NCBI GenBank assembly: GCA_963725615.1 | Contig: CAVRZO010000005.1 | Span: 33,710-97,709, forward strand | Origin: Terriglobia bacterium | Lineage (GTDB): Bacteria; Acidobacteriota; Terriglobia; Terriglobales; Acidobacteriaceae | Reading direction: 5' to 3' | DNA length: 64,000 bases | Part shown: in pieces, positions 39,172-48,354 of the stretch | Layout of the letters: each line of letters begins with the position of its first letter | How positions within the stretch are numbered: position 1 is the first letter of the stretch | The notes under the pieces: generated by a model | Told to the model about the DNA's origin: nothing | Database searches by the model: none | What the model saw: only the letters and a program-made list of their open reading frames with translations | Made by a program: the position numbers and the translations under genes

Positions 39172-40590
39172 GTGAGCGAAGCCAGAGATACCGTTACATC
39201 CGAACTCGATCGTTTGCCGACGCTGGTGGACCCTCCCGACAACGGATCGCGGACAGGAGATCACGGTATTGGACCTAATCCTATATCTCCCATGAAAGTT
39301 TTGGAGCTTTTCTGGGAGCAGAGACGCTTCATCCTGCGTTCCGTCCTTGTTGCCTTACTGATCTTTGCAGTCGCGGCCTTTTTGTGGCCCAAACGCTACA
39401 CGGCTACGACTCGGCTGATGCCGCCGAGCTACGGTACGAACTCAGCCATGGCCATGGCTATACCTGCGTTGACCGAACGCGAGGGTGCTGGCGGCGGCGC
39501 TGGGGGCGGCGGTGTCATGGGATTGGCCAGCCAGCTATTGGGCTTGAACACCTCTGGCGAGCTGTTTATCGGCGTGATTCAGAGTCGGACTGTCGAAGAC
39601 CGAGTCATCGACAAACTCGGATTAATGAATGTTTATTGGGACCGGTACCTAGAGGATGCGCGGAAGCATCTGGAAAGCAATACCAACATCACGGTCGGAC
39701 CCAGGACCGGCATCATCAGCATCGCGGTCACAGACAAGCAACCAGACCGGGCAGCTGCCATCGCCCGGGCCTATGTCACCGAACTGAACCAGATACTGGC
39801 GGAGGTAAACACCTCATCGGCACACCGGGAGCGTGTCTTCCTTGAGGAACGCTTGCAGGAGGTCAAACAACGGTCGGAGGCGGATTCGAAGGAATTCGCC
39901 CTCTTTGCCAGCGAGAATGCGGCGGTCGACATTCCCAGTCAAGCCAAGGCCATGGTGGCGGCGGGAGCAGAACTGCAATCGCAGATGATCGTGGCCCAGT
40001 CCGAATTGAAAGGACTGCAACAAATCTATACGGCAGACAATGCTAGGGTGAGAGCTGCACAGGCACGCTTCAACGAACTAAAGCGGCAAGCTGAAAAGTT
40101 CGGGGGAAAGGATGTCGATGCAACGAAGGACGAATCTCTGGCTCACAGTGAGCTCTATCCGTCCGTGCGGCAATTACCCCTTTTAGGCGTCAAATATCTG
40201 GAACTGTACCGCCGCACAAAAATTGATGATGCGGTTTTCGAATTGCTGACGAAAGAGTACGAAATTGCAAAGCTGCAGGAGGCCCGGGAAATTCCCGTCG
40301 CGCAGGTGCTCGATACCGCAAGCGTACCGGAAAAGAAGTCCTCTCCCCACCGCCTCCTGATCATGCTGGTGGGAGCGCTCTTGGGACTTGTCTTTGCCTG
40401 CGCTTACTTGGTAGGCCGCCTGGCTTGGAGACAGACCGATGATGGAGATCCGCGCAAGGTGCTCGTCCTGGAGATCTACTCGACGGCTGAAGCCTGGATT
40501 GAACGAACCCCTCTTCTCCGCAAGCTGCACGAGGGATCCCGGCGAGTTACCAACTGGCATCGTCCGTTTCCAAACGACACTCCGGAATAG
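39172..40590 (+). CDS. polysaccharide co-polymerase (Wzz/GumC-type chain-length determinant) without a kinase domain
   Basis: Two TM segments (FILRSVLVALLIFAVAAFLW near the N-terminus, LLIMLVGALLGLVFACAYLVG near the C-terminus) flank a coiled-coil-rich periplasmic region. That region carries the Wzz-type start WPKRYTATTRLMPP. No Walker A/B motifs. GTG start 39172 is tentative; ATG 39292 is the alternative. Confidence 0.7.
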   Translation: MSEARDTVTSELDRLPTLVDPPDNGSRTGDHGIGPNPISPMKVLELFWEQRRFILRSVLVALLIFAVAAFLWPKRYTATTRLMPPSYGTNSAMAMAIPALTEREGAGGGAGGGGVMGLASQLLGLNTSGELFIGVIQSRTVEDRVIDKLGLMNVYWDRYLEDARKHLESNTNITVGPRTGIISIAVTDKQPDRAAAIARAYVTELNQILAEVNTSSAHRERVFLEERLQEVKQRSEADSKEFALFASENAAVDIPSQAKAMVAAGAELQSQMIVAQSELKGLQQIYTADNARVRAAQARFNELKRQAEKFGGKDVDATKDESLAHSELYPSVRQLPLLGVKYLELYRRTKIDDAVFELLTKEYEIAKLQEAREIPVAQVLDTASVPEKKSSPHRLLIMLVGALLGLVFACAYLVGRLAWRQTDDGDPRKVLVLEIYSTAEAWIERTPLLRKLHEGSRRVTNWHRPFPNDTPE

Positions 40591-40652
40591 TCGCGTGACC
40601 TTCTGTCGTCTCAGACTTACCCATTGATTTGTCTTCTCTAAAGCCACAACCC

Positions 40653-41477
40653 ATGCGCGCCAACACCTTTCAGTATTCGGAAGCTGCACCAGTCCAGAAC
40701 GGGACTCTGGTACGGAGTATTAGACGTGCCCTGAGAAAAATGGTTCGAACGGTTGGATACGATCTGGTGCGATATCAGGGAGCGGCCTCGGAATATCCCC
40801 CTGATTTCAGTCCGCTGCACAACTCAATTGTTCGCAGGGTCCAGCCGTACACGATGACGTCGCCAGAACGCCTGTACGCTCTGATGGAAGCAGTGCAGTA
40901 CATCGCCGTTTCAGGAATTCCGGGAAGCATCGTCGAATGCGGCGTCTGGAAAGGCGGAAGTATGATGGCTGCCGCTCTGATGTTGCGAGAACTGGAGCGC
41001 GCGGACCGGAAGCTCTATTTGTTCGACACCTTTGACGGCATGCCCAGGCCGAAGGCTATCGACGCCACCTTCGAGGGTGAGCCGGCCTCCGACATCTTCG
41101 AAGCCCTGAAAACCGGCGACGATTCGTCGGCCTACTGCCGGGCACAATTTCAGGAAGTTCATGATGCGTTGGTGAGCACAGGCTACCCGCCAGAACGCAT
41201 CTCCATGATCAAGGGAAAGGTTGAAGAAACCATACCGGGAAACGCGCCGGATTCTATTGCTCTACTGCGTCTCGATACCGACTGGTACGAATCGACCCGA
41301 CATGAATTGGAGCACCTATTCCCTCGTCTTTCCCCAGGAGGGGTCCTGATCATCGACGATTATGGCCACTGGCAGGGATGCAAGCGAGCGGTCGATGAAT
41401 ATTTTGGCAAAAACGAAGCGAGAATTTTTCTGGCCCGCATAGACTATACCGGCAGGATCGGCGTCAAGATGCGATGA
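40653..41477 (+). CDS. TylF/MycF-family (macrocin-O-methyltransferase-like) sugar O-methyltransferase
   Basis: GSIVECGVWKGGSMMAAALML...LYLFDTFDGMP...IALLRLDTDWYESTRHELEHLFPRLSPGGVLIIDDYGHWQGCKRAVDEYF. These are hallmark TylF-family motifs. TTG 40629 is an alternative start. Confidence 0.8.
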   Translation: MRANTFQYSEAAPVQNGTLVRSIRRALRKMVRTVGYDLVRYQGAASEYPPDFSPLHNSIVRRVQPYTMTSPERLYALMEAVQYIAVSGIPGSIVECGVWKGGSMMAAALMLRELERADRKLYLFDTFDGMPRPKAIDATFEGEPASDIFEALKTGDDSSAYCRAQFQEVHDALVSTGYPPERISMIKGKVEETIPGNAPDSIALLRLDTDWYESTRHELEHLFPRLSPGGVLIIDDYGHWQGCKRAVDEYFGKNEARIFLARIDYTGRIGVKMR

Positions 41478-41544
41478 CCCATGCGCGTCAGTGCCAGGGA
41501 AAAATCTTTTGTGCAGAACCGGGTTCGCGGGGCGCGCGGGAATC

Positions 41545-42855
41545 ATGAGCGGAAGAAACAAGTTTGGCTTAATGACCGGAAGCGCGCTGGCTCGCAATGT
41601 GTTCTGGATGCTAAGCGGTGATGGCGTCCGCCTGCTTCTCCAAGCGGTCTACTTTGTTCTGATCGGACGGGCCCTAGGGGTCAGGGAGTTTGGCGCATTC
41701 GTCGGCGCCGTCTCGCTGGTGGCTCTGGTGGCTCCTTTTTCCACCTGGGGTACCGGCTTCATCCTTCTTAAGGAGGTCGCCCGCGACCGCACCGCGTTCA
41801 GCAGGTGCTGGGGGACAGCACTCAGCGCGACTGCGGTTTTTGGCACAGTGCTGCTCTGCCTCGTGCTGTTGATTTCACACGTCGCCTTTGGAACTTCGGT
41901 GCCACTTGGAACGTTGCTGCTGGTGGCAGCTTCTGATGCGATTGTCGTCCGCTTGCTTGACCTGGCCACTCAGGCATTCATGGCCGTCGAAAATCTCCGC
42001 AAGGGCGCTGAAATTTATGTCGTATTGAGTGCCGGTCGAACTCTGGCTGCCGTCTACTTGAGCTTTGCAGTCCACTCTCCTACCGCGCAGTCTTGGGCCT
42101 TGCTCTATCTTTTAAGCGCAGTCGCGGCGGCGATCTACGGAATCGTCGCAGTTAGCCGGTCCCTTGGCCTCCCCCGCATGGGACTGCGCCTTTCTCGTTC
42201 CGAATTCGAAGAGGGTTTCTACTTTGCCGTGAGTCAATCTTCACAAACAATTTACAACGATCTGGACAAGACCATGCTGGTTCGACTGGGAGGATTGGAA
42301 GCAACTGGGATTTACGGTGCCGCGTATCGGATCGTTGACGCTTCCTTTGCCCCCGTAGGCGCTCTGACCCAAGCGACACTCGCCAGGTTCTTCCGGCATG
42401 GAGAAAAAGGCATTACAGGGAGTACACGATTGGCCCGGATGATTCTGCCTTATGCCGCTGGCTACGGCTTGGTGGCGGCGGCGTCTCTCTTTCTAGCTTC
42501 GCCGGTGCTGCCTCTGGTGCTTGGAAAGGATTTCACTGCGGCAACTTGGGCCTTGCGATGGCTGTCACCGCTGGTCTTTCTCAGATCCATTCACTATTTC
42601 CTCGCCAATTCGCTTTCGGGTGCGGGTCATCAGGGCCGTCGAGCACTGGTCCAGCTCGGGGTTGTCGGAATCAACGTTCTGTTGAACCTGTGGCTCATCC
42701 CAGCCTACTCGTGGCGGGGGGCAGCCTGGGCGAGTCTTGTTTCGGATGGCGCGCTGGTTCTAGGCCTGTTCGCAGCCATTCTTAGTTTGCAAAGGAGGGG
42801 CATGCTTCCGGGAGGCATGCCCGGGGTTAAAGCAGAAGCTAAGGTGGCGTTATGA
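41545..42855 (+). CDS. wzx: Wzx-like polysaccharide flippase (MOP superfamily)
   Basis: Polytopic throughout. N-terminus: ALARNVFWMLSGDGVRLLLQAVYFVLIGRALGVREFGAFVGAVSLVAL, typical of the Polysacc_synt family. ATG 41545 is preferred over the GTG 41491 of the ORF track. Confidence 0.7.
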   Translation: MSGRNKFGLMTGSALARNVFWMLSGDGVRLLLQAVYFVLIGRALGVREFGAFVGAVSLVALVAPFSTWGTGFILLKEVARDRTAFSRCWGTALSATAVFGTVLLCLVLLISHVAFGTSVPLGTLLLVAASDAIVVRLLDLATQAFMAVENLRKGAEIYVVLSAGRTLAAVYLSFAVHSPTAQSWALLYLLSAVAAAIYGIVAVSRSLGLPRMGLRLSRSEFEEGFYFAVSQSSQTIYNDLDKTMLVRLGGLEATGIYGAAYRIVDASFAPVGALTQATLARFFRHGEKGITGSTRLARMILPYAAGYGLVAAASLFLASPVLPLVLGKDFTAATWALRWLSPLVFLRSIHYFLANSLSGAGHQGRRALVQLGVVGINVLLNLWLIPAYSWRGAAWASLVSDGALVLGLFAAILSLQRRGMLPGGMPGVKAEAKVAL

Positions 42856-44132
42856 AACCGACAGCCGGCAACCTTGAATCCTCAGCTGCCCCGGGCAACG
42901 CCGAAAAAGCATTCGCTTTTCTAGTTCTGCTTCTTTCGCTGGGTGCTTTCTTGAATCTGACTATCACCGGTCCGGGTTGGACCCAGAACACCGGAATGTT
43001 GGGAATGCAGATTCTTTGGTCGTTCCTGTATGTAATCACGCTGATGCTATTTTTCCGCCATTGCGCCAAGCCGGTTCGCACTCTCTTTATCGTGTATCCT
43101 CTCATTGCGGTGCTTGGGTTTGCTTTTGTCTCCGTTTTATGGTCTCAAGCTCCGGGACTGACACTGCGGCGCGCAACCGCTCTGGGCTTGAGTCTCATAT
43201 TTGGGGTCTACCTGGCATCACGTTTCAGCCAGAAAGAGCAGTTCCGGCTTCTGGCCTGGGCCTTTGGCGTCTGCATCGTATTCAGTTTCTTTTTCGAGCT
43301 ACTCGGACTGAATCCAAGCCAGGGGTATCCGGGCTGGTACGGTGTCTTCGATATCAAGAATGAACTCGGTCAGGCCATGGTCCTGAGCGCGCTGGTTTTC
43401 TTGTTTTGGAAGAAGGTTGAGCCTCAACACAAGACCCTTGCCCAGACGGGGTTGCTGGCTTCTGTTCTCTTGCTCGCACTCTCGCGCGGGATGACGGCGG
43501 TGGTGGTTTTTGTCGTTCTCATGGTCCTGCTGCCCTATCTGCGGTGGACATTGCGGAAGAGCACGCGTGGAGTAGTGGGAGGCATCACATTCCTCCTTGG
43601 CGCAGGAGCGCTTTCGGTGTTCTACATGGCGACCCATCTTGAGGACGTTACAGCATTTCTGGGCAAAGATCCTGACCTGACGGGTCGAGTGCCACTCTGG
43701 ATCGTGGTCACGGTGATGGCGTTGCAACGGCCCTGGTTGGGCTACGGCTTCAGTGCCTTCTGGCTTCCGGATGAGGCTTACACGTCAAGAATCTGGCGTT
43801 TGTTGACCTGGTCAGCTCCACAAGCTCACAACGGCATCCTCGAGCTGTGGCTGGAGCTAGGCCTGATAGGAAGTGCGCTTTTTTTCCTCGTATTCGCCTA
43901 CTACGTCACCAAGGCTCTGAGCTTTTCGCGTCAGAATCCCGGACCCGCTGCCACCTGGCCCATCGCGTTTCTTATTTTCATATTTCTCGCAAACCTAACC
44001 ACGGCCTTCTTCCTTCAAGGGAATAATATCTACTTTATTCTCTATGTAGCCTTGGCCACCACCATGTGCGGGAATAGAAGCAAGACTCTGGTCGCCAACC
44101 GCCTGGACATACCTGGGCAAAGTCATGCCTGA
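42852..44132 (+). CDS. O-antigen ligase/polymerase-like (Wzy_C-type) membrane protein
   Basis: Polytopic, with ...LALSRGMTAVVVFVVL... and a periplasmic loop ...WLGYGFSAFWLPDEAYT...APQAHNGILELWLELGLIGSALFF. ATGA overlap with the wzx-like stop. Confidence 0.75.
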   Translation: MKPTAGNLESSAAPGNAEKAFAFLVLLLSLGAFLNLTITGPGWTQNTGMLGMQILWSFLYVITLMLFFRHCAKPVRTLFIVYPLIAVLGFAFVSVLWSQAPGLTLRRATALGLSLIFGVYLASRFSQKEQFRLLAWAFGVCIVFSFFFELLGLNPSQGYPGWYGVFDIKNELGQAMVLSALVFLFWKKVEPQHKTLAQTGLLASVLLLALSRGMTAVVVFVVLMVLLPYLRWTLRKSTRGVVGGITFLLGAGALSVFYMATHLEDVTAFLGKDPDLTGRVPLWIVVTVMALQRPWLGYGFSAFWLPDEAYTSRIWRLLTWSAPQAHNGILELWLELGLIGSALFFLVFAYYVTKALSFSRQNPGPAATWPIAFLIFIFLANLTTAFFLQGNNIYFILYVALATTMCGNRSKTLVANRLDIPGQSHA

Positions 44133-45363
44133 TCCGGCTAACGGCGAAAAGCCCGTCGTACTCGTCTATGCCGAGCCGCTTCTGGCGCGCTCCATGACGT
44201 TCATCCGTACGCAGGCGGAAGCCCTGAACTCTTTTTCTCCTTACTACATCAGCCCCGGCTATCAGCCCGACGGTCTGCCTCTGCCCCAGGAACGAGTGGT
44301 GGTCATGCAGCGCGGGCAAGGTGGGTTCTCACGGCTGGCAGTAGTGCCATTCAAATTGTTCGGAGTGGCTCCGTTTTTTACTCGCCGCTTGCGGGAACTT
44401 CGCCCGGCATTGCTTCATGCGCATTTCGGGTTCGGAGGGCTGCGCGCCCTGCCGTTGGCGCGCGCGCTGGGTATCCCTCTGGTAGTGACTTTCCAAGGCT
44501 GTGAGGCCACTATGTACGACGAGTTCCTGCGGGGCAACAGCTTCTACGCCGCCCGCGACTATGTTCGCCGGCGCCACATCCTTAATAAGGAAGCGACTCT
44601 GCTCATTTCGGTCTCAGGCTTCATTCGCGACGAGATGATCAGGCAAGGCTTCTCGGTGAACAAAATCGTAGTGCACTATGCAGGCGTGGATACGGAGCTG
44701 TTTTGTCCTGAACCTGGCGTCAAACGAGAGCCCCTAGTGCTGTTCGCGGGAAGGCTGGACGAGAAGAAGGGTTGTGAGTACCTAATCCGCGCCATGGCGA
44801 AAGTGCAAACGCAATCCCCGGAGATGGAGTTGATGGTGATTGGGGACGGTCCTCTCCGAGCTGACCTGGAGCAACTGGCCCGTCAGCATCTCGGCAAGTA
44901 TCGGTTTCTGGGTTTTCAGCCTCCTGATATGGTCAGGCACTGGATGAATCGGGCGCGAATGTTTGGCGCGCCCAGCATTCGCACGCCATCTGGCGACGCC
45001 GAAGGGTATCCCAATGCTTTTGCCGAAGCCCAAGCCATGAGGCTTCCGGTAGTCAGCTTTGCTTCGGACGGAGTACGGGAGGCGGTCGCGCACGGCGAAA
45101 CCGGCTTTCTGGCCCCCGAGCGGGACACCGAAGCGCTTGCTCACTATCTGCAGAAGCTATGCTCAGACGAAGTCCTCTGCGCTCGGATGGGAGAGGCAGC
45201 CAGAGGACGCGTGAGCACGCAATTCAACCTCCGGACCCAAACCAGGAGACTTGAAGGGTTGTATTCACGGGTTCTGGGAAAAGATGCAAGCCAGGAGCGG
45301 GGATACGAACAGGCGGAGGGAGGGCTTGGACAACGAATCACAGCGGTGGACGCCCAAGGGTGA
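44125..45363 (+). CDS. glycosyltransferase family 1 (GT4-type)
   Basis: ...LHAHFGFGGLRALPLARALGIPLVVTFQG..., PLVLFAGRLDEKKGCEYLI..., GYPNAFAEAQAMRLPVVSFASDGVREAVAHGETGFL. Confidence 0.85.
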   Translation: MPDPANGEKPVVLVYAEPLLARSMTFIRTQAEALNSFSPYYISPGYQPDGLPLPQERVVVMQRGQGGFSRLAVVPFKLFGVAPFFTRRLRELRPALLHAHFGFGGLRALPLARALGIPLVVTFQGCEATMYDEFLRGNSFYAARDYVRRRHILNKEATLLISVSGFIRDEMIRQGFSVNKIVVHYAGVDTELFCPEPGVKREPLVLFAGRLDEKKGCEYLIRAMAKVQTQSPEMELMVIGDGPLRADLEQLARQHLGKYRFLGFQPPDMVRHWMNRARMFGAPSIRTPSGDAEGYPNAFAEAQAMRLPVVSFASDGVREAVAHGETGFLAPERDTEALAHYLQKLCSDEVLCARMGEAARGRVSTQFNLRTQTRRLEGLYSRVLGKDASQERGYEQAEGGLGQRITAVDAQG

Positions 45364-46072
45364 CGGCAAACTCATATATGAATTCCTGCCGGACGATACT
45401 TCCCGTCAGACCCACGGTCTACGAGAGGCCTTGCGGGCACTGGATTGCGCCCCGGTAAATGTAGACCCGGTGACGCTTCTCGACTTGGGCTGCGGAGACG
45501 GCCGGAGCTATGACGCGTTTTCCGCGCGAAACCGTAAAGTGCGGTGGGTTGGAATGGATGTCGTGGATTCGGAGGAAGTGATTTTACGACCTTCACGGAG
45601 TCTGCCCTACTGCGCCTACGACGGGATCCAACTCCCTTTGCGGGACAATTCAGTCGACATAAGCTATTCCCGGCAGGTTTTTGAGCACGTGAGGCATCCG
45701 GAAAAGGTGATCGGCGAAGTGTACAGAGTGATGAAGCCTGGTGGTATTTTCGTCGGTTCGACCTCTCACCTCGAACCGTTCCATTCGCGCAGCTACTGGA
45801 ATTACACGCCCTACGGTTTTTGCGTTCTGCTGCGTGAAGCCGGGTTCCGGTCGATTCTAGTTCGACCCGGAATCGATTCGTTGACGCTCATCGGACGACG
45901 CTACCTTAGTTATGTGAGACTCGCGAACCTGCTTGAACCTTTCTTCACCTTCGAATCGCCGATGAACGCGCTTCTGGAAGCCGGGCTCCGCGTATTGGGC
46001 CAGCCCACCAAAAGAAGAAACGCCCTCAAGCTGGTTTTTGCTGGCCAGTTCTGCTTTGTCGCCGAGAAGTAA
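45284..46072 (+). CDS. class I SAM-dependent methyltransferase (Methyltransf_11-like)
   Basis: LLDLGCGDGRSYDAF..., IQLPLRDNSVDISYSRQVFEHVRHPEKVIGEVYRVMKPGGIFVGS. Start uncertain (ATG 45251 or 45284). Either start overlaps the tail of the preceding GT1. Confidence 0.7.
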   Translation: MQARSGDTNRRREGLDNESQRWTPKGDGKLIYEFLPDDTSRQTHGLREALRALDCAPVNVDPVTLLDLGCGDGRSYDAFSARNRKVRWVGMDVVDSEEVILRPSRSLPYCAYDGIQLPLRDNSVDISYSRQVFEHVRHPEKVIGEVYRVMKPGGIFVGSTSHLEPFHSRSYWNYTPYGFCVLLREAGFRSILVRPGIDSLTLIGRRYLSYVRLANLLEPFFTFESPMNALLEAGLRVLGQPTKRRNALKLVFAGQFCFVAEK

Positions 46073-46128
46073 AAGACAGCCGGGGGCCCGCCAGCCGAGC
46101 GATTGCCCGACGATTTCAAAAGATTCGC

Positions 46129-47355
46129 ATGCAGCATAACGATCGGTCGCATGGTGGGAACAACCTGAACATCCTGTTTTGTCACAACCAATATCAGCAG
46201 CGCTCGGGAGAAGACATCGCCTTCGACTTCGCAGTGCGCCTTCTGCGGGAAGGCGGCCATCAGGTCTCGGTATACAGCAGAAGCAATCTGGAGATTGAAA
46301 GGTTTTCGGTCGCCGACAAATTGTTGTTTCCCCTCCACACGATCTATTCCCGACCGGAGCGCAGGAAGATCGAGGAGTTTGCCAGCCAAGAACAGCCGTC
46401 TGTCGCCCTGGTGCAAAATGTCTTTCCGCTATTGTCTCCTTCTCTTTACTACGGCTTGGCGGATGCTGGTTTGCCGATCGTACAACTCATATTCAACTAT
46501 CGCCTGCTCTGCGCAAACGGCTTGCTCTTTACCGGTGGAGAAATCTGTGAGCGCTGCGTGGGCGGGAACCATCTGCACGGCGTCCTGCATCGTTGTTGCC
46601 GGGATAGCTATGCGGTGAGCGCGATGTACGCGGCATCCATCGGTTTTCATCGCTGGATGGGGACTTGGACGCGGTTTGTCACTCTATTCGTGACGCCGGA
46701 CAACTTCCTTAAAGAGAAACTGGTACAGGGCCGAATTCCCGAGGATAGAATTCGAGTGGTCAGTAACCCCTTCGAAGTCTCGGCCGCTCCGCCGCCTTCC
46801 ATCCACGGTGACTACGCTTTGTTCGTGGGGCGCCTTATCCGGGCGAAAGGCATGTTCACGCTGCTGGAGGCGAGTTTGAAGTTGGACCGCCGAGTCGTGA
46901 TTGCCGGGGATGGCGAAGATGCTGACCTGGTTCGCTCTCACCCCGCAGTGCTTGCGGGCAGAGCTGAATTCGTCGGGCCGGTCTATGGCACTCATTTTAA
47001 GGAATTATTGGAAAAAGCTGCGTTTGTGGTGGTCCCGTCGGAATGGTATGACAACTTGCCCATGATCGTGTGCCAGGCGTTCGCAGCCGGTAAGCCGGTG
47101 GTCGCTTCTCGAATAAACGGAATTCCAGAGTTCGTGAAGCCCGAAGAAAATGGGCTCCTGTTTTCCCCGGGTGATCCGTCCGACCTTGAACAATCGATGC
47201 TACGGATGTTCTCCGATGAGGCGCTCCGCGACAAACTAGGCCGCGGTGCGCGACAGACAGCGGAAACGGTCCTGTCACCCGCGGTCTGGGGCAACAAAAT
47301 AAACTCTGTCATGGAAGAGGCGGTACGTTTGAATGCCGCCCATAACCAATCATGA
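46129..47355 (+). CDS. glycosyltransferase family 1 (GT4-type)
   Basis: LNILFCHNQYQQRSGED..., ALFVGRLIRAKGMFTLLEA..., PSEWYDNLPMIVCQAFAAGKPVVASRINGIPEFVKPEENGLLF. Also a Cys-rich insert: CERCVGGNHLHGVLHRCC. Confidence 0.85.
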   Translation: MQHNDRSHGGNNLNILFCHNQYQQRSGEDIAFDFAVRLLREGGHQVSVYSRSNLEIERFSVADKLLFPLHTIYSRPERRKIEEFASQEQPSVALVQNVFPLLSPSLYYGLADAGLPIVQLIFNYRLLCANGLLFTGGEICERCVGGNHLHGVLHRCCRDSYAVSAMYAASIGFHRWMGTWTRFVTLFVTPDNFLKEKLVQGRIPEDRIRVVSNPFEVSAAPPPSIHGDYALFVGRLIRAKGMFTLLEASLKLDRRVVIAGDGEDADLVRSHPAVLAGRAEFVGPVYGTHFKELLEKAAFVVVPSEWYDNLPMIVCQAFAAGKPVVASRINGIPEFVKPEENGLLFSPGDPSDLEQSMLRMFSDEALRDKLGRGARQTAETVLSPAVWGNKINSVMEEAVRLNAAHNQS

Positions 47356-48347
47356 ACCCGGAGCTCAAGGCCTCTTTTTCCGCGAAGAACGTCCTGGTTA
47401 CAGGCGGCATGGGCTTCATCGGCAGCAACCTGGTCCACCGTCTTTCCGAGCTCGGCGCGCGCGTGGTTGTGGTTGACTCCTTGATTCCGGAATATGGCGG
47501 GAATCCGTTCAACCTGGAGGGCCTCGACGGCAAAGTTCATATCAACATCGCTGACATGCGGGACCCGCATTGCATTTCCTATCTGGTGCAGGAGCAGGAC
47601 TACATTTTTAACCTGGCGGGTCAAGTCAGTCATTTGAATAGCTTGAAGGACCCGCTGACCGACCTGGAGATTAACTGTCGCGCTCAAGTCTCCCTGCTTG
47701 AGGCTTGCCGCCACCTCAGTCGACCGCCGAAAATCGTATTTGCCAGCACTCGTCAAATCTACGGTCGTCCCCAGTACCTGCCTGTAGACGAAAAACATCC
47801 CGTGGTGCCGGTGGATCCGAACGGCATCAACAAGATGGCCGGGGAGTATTACCACCTGCTGTACTCAGAACTGCACGGGGTGCATGCCTGCAGCCTGCGT
47901 CTGACCAACACGTATGGTCCGCGGATGCGGGTCTGCGATGCTCGCCAGACGTTCATTGGCTGGTGGTTCCGACAAATCGTGCGGGGAGAGGAAATCCTGG
48001 TCTATGGTGACGGGGAACAACAGCGCGATCTCAACTTCATTGATGATGTGGTCGAGGCCTTCCTGTTGGCCGCCACGTGCCCGAACTCAGCTGGAGAAGT
48101 CTTTAACCTGGGCGCTGAGCCGATATCTCTGAAAGCGCTGGCGTGCCTGCTGGTCGAACTCAACGGAAAGGGTTCCTTTAACCTGGTTCCGTTCCCTGAG
48201 GACCGCAAGGCGATTGACATTGGCAGCTACCGTGGGGACTACAGCAAGATCAAGCGTGTGCTGGGTTGGGAGCCGCGGACACCGCTGCGCGAAGGCCTGT
48301 TGAGTACTGTCGAATACTATCGGCAACACGGGGAGAAATACTGGTAA
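47352..48347 (+). CDS. NAD-dependent epimerase/dehydratase (extended SDR), with an apparent N-x3-K in place of the catalytic Y-x3-K
   Basis: Rossmann motif: VLVTGGMGFIGSNLV. Conserved ...IVFASTRQIYG.... At the expected YxxxK position the sequence reads PNGINKMAGE (Asn codon 47820-47822, Lys 47832-47834). ATGA overlap with the upstream stop. Confidence 0.8.
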   Translation: MNPELKASFSAKNVLVTGGMGFIGSNLVHRLSELGARVVVVDSLIPEYGGNPFNLEGLDGKVHINIADMRDPHCISYLVQEQDYIFNLAGQVSHLNSLKDPLTDLEINCRAQVSLLEACRHLSRPPKIVFASTRQIYGRPQYLPVDEKHPVVPVDPNGINKMAGEYYHLLYSELHGVHACSLRLTNTYGPRMRVCDARQTFIGWWFRQIVRGEEILVYGDGEQQRDLNFIDDVVEAFLLAATCPNSAGEVFNLGAEPISLKALACLLVELNGKGSFNLVPFPEDRKAIDIGSYRGDYSKIKRVLGWEPRTPLREGLLSTVEYYRQHGEKYW

Positions 48348-48354
48348 GTGCCCC

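Noticed and set aside
46992-47855. 287-aa minus-strand ORF
   Set aside because: It is antisense to the end of a GT1 gene and the Rossmann-fold start of the SDR gene, both clearly coding on the plus strand.
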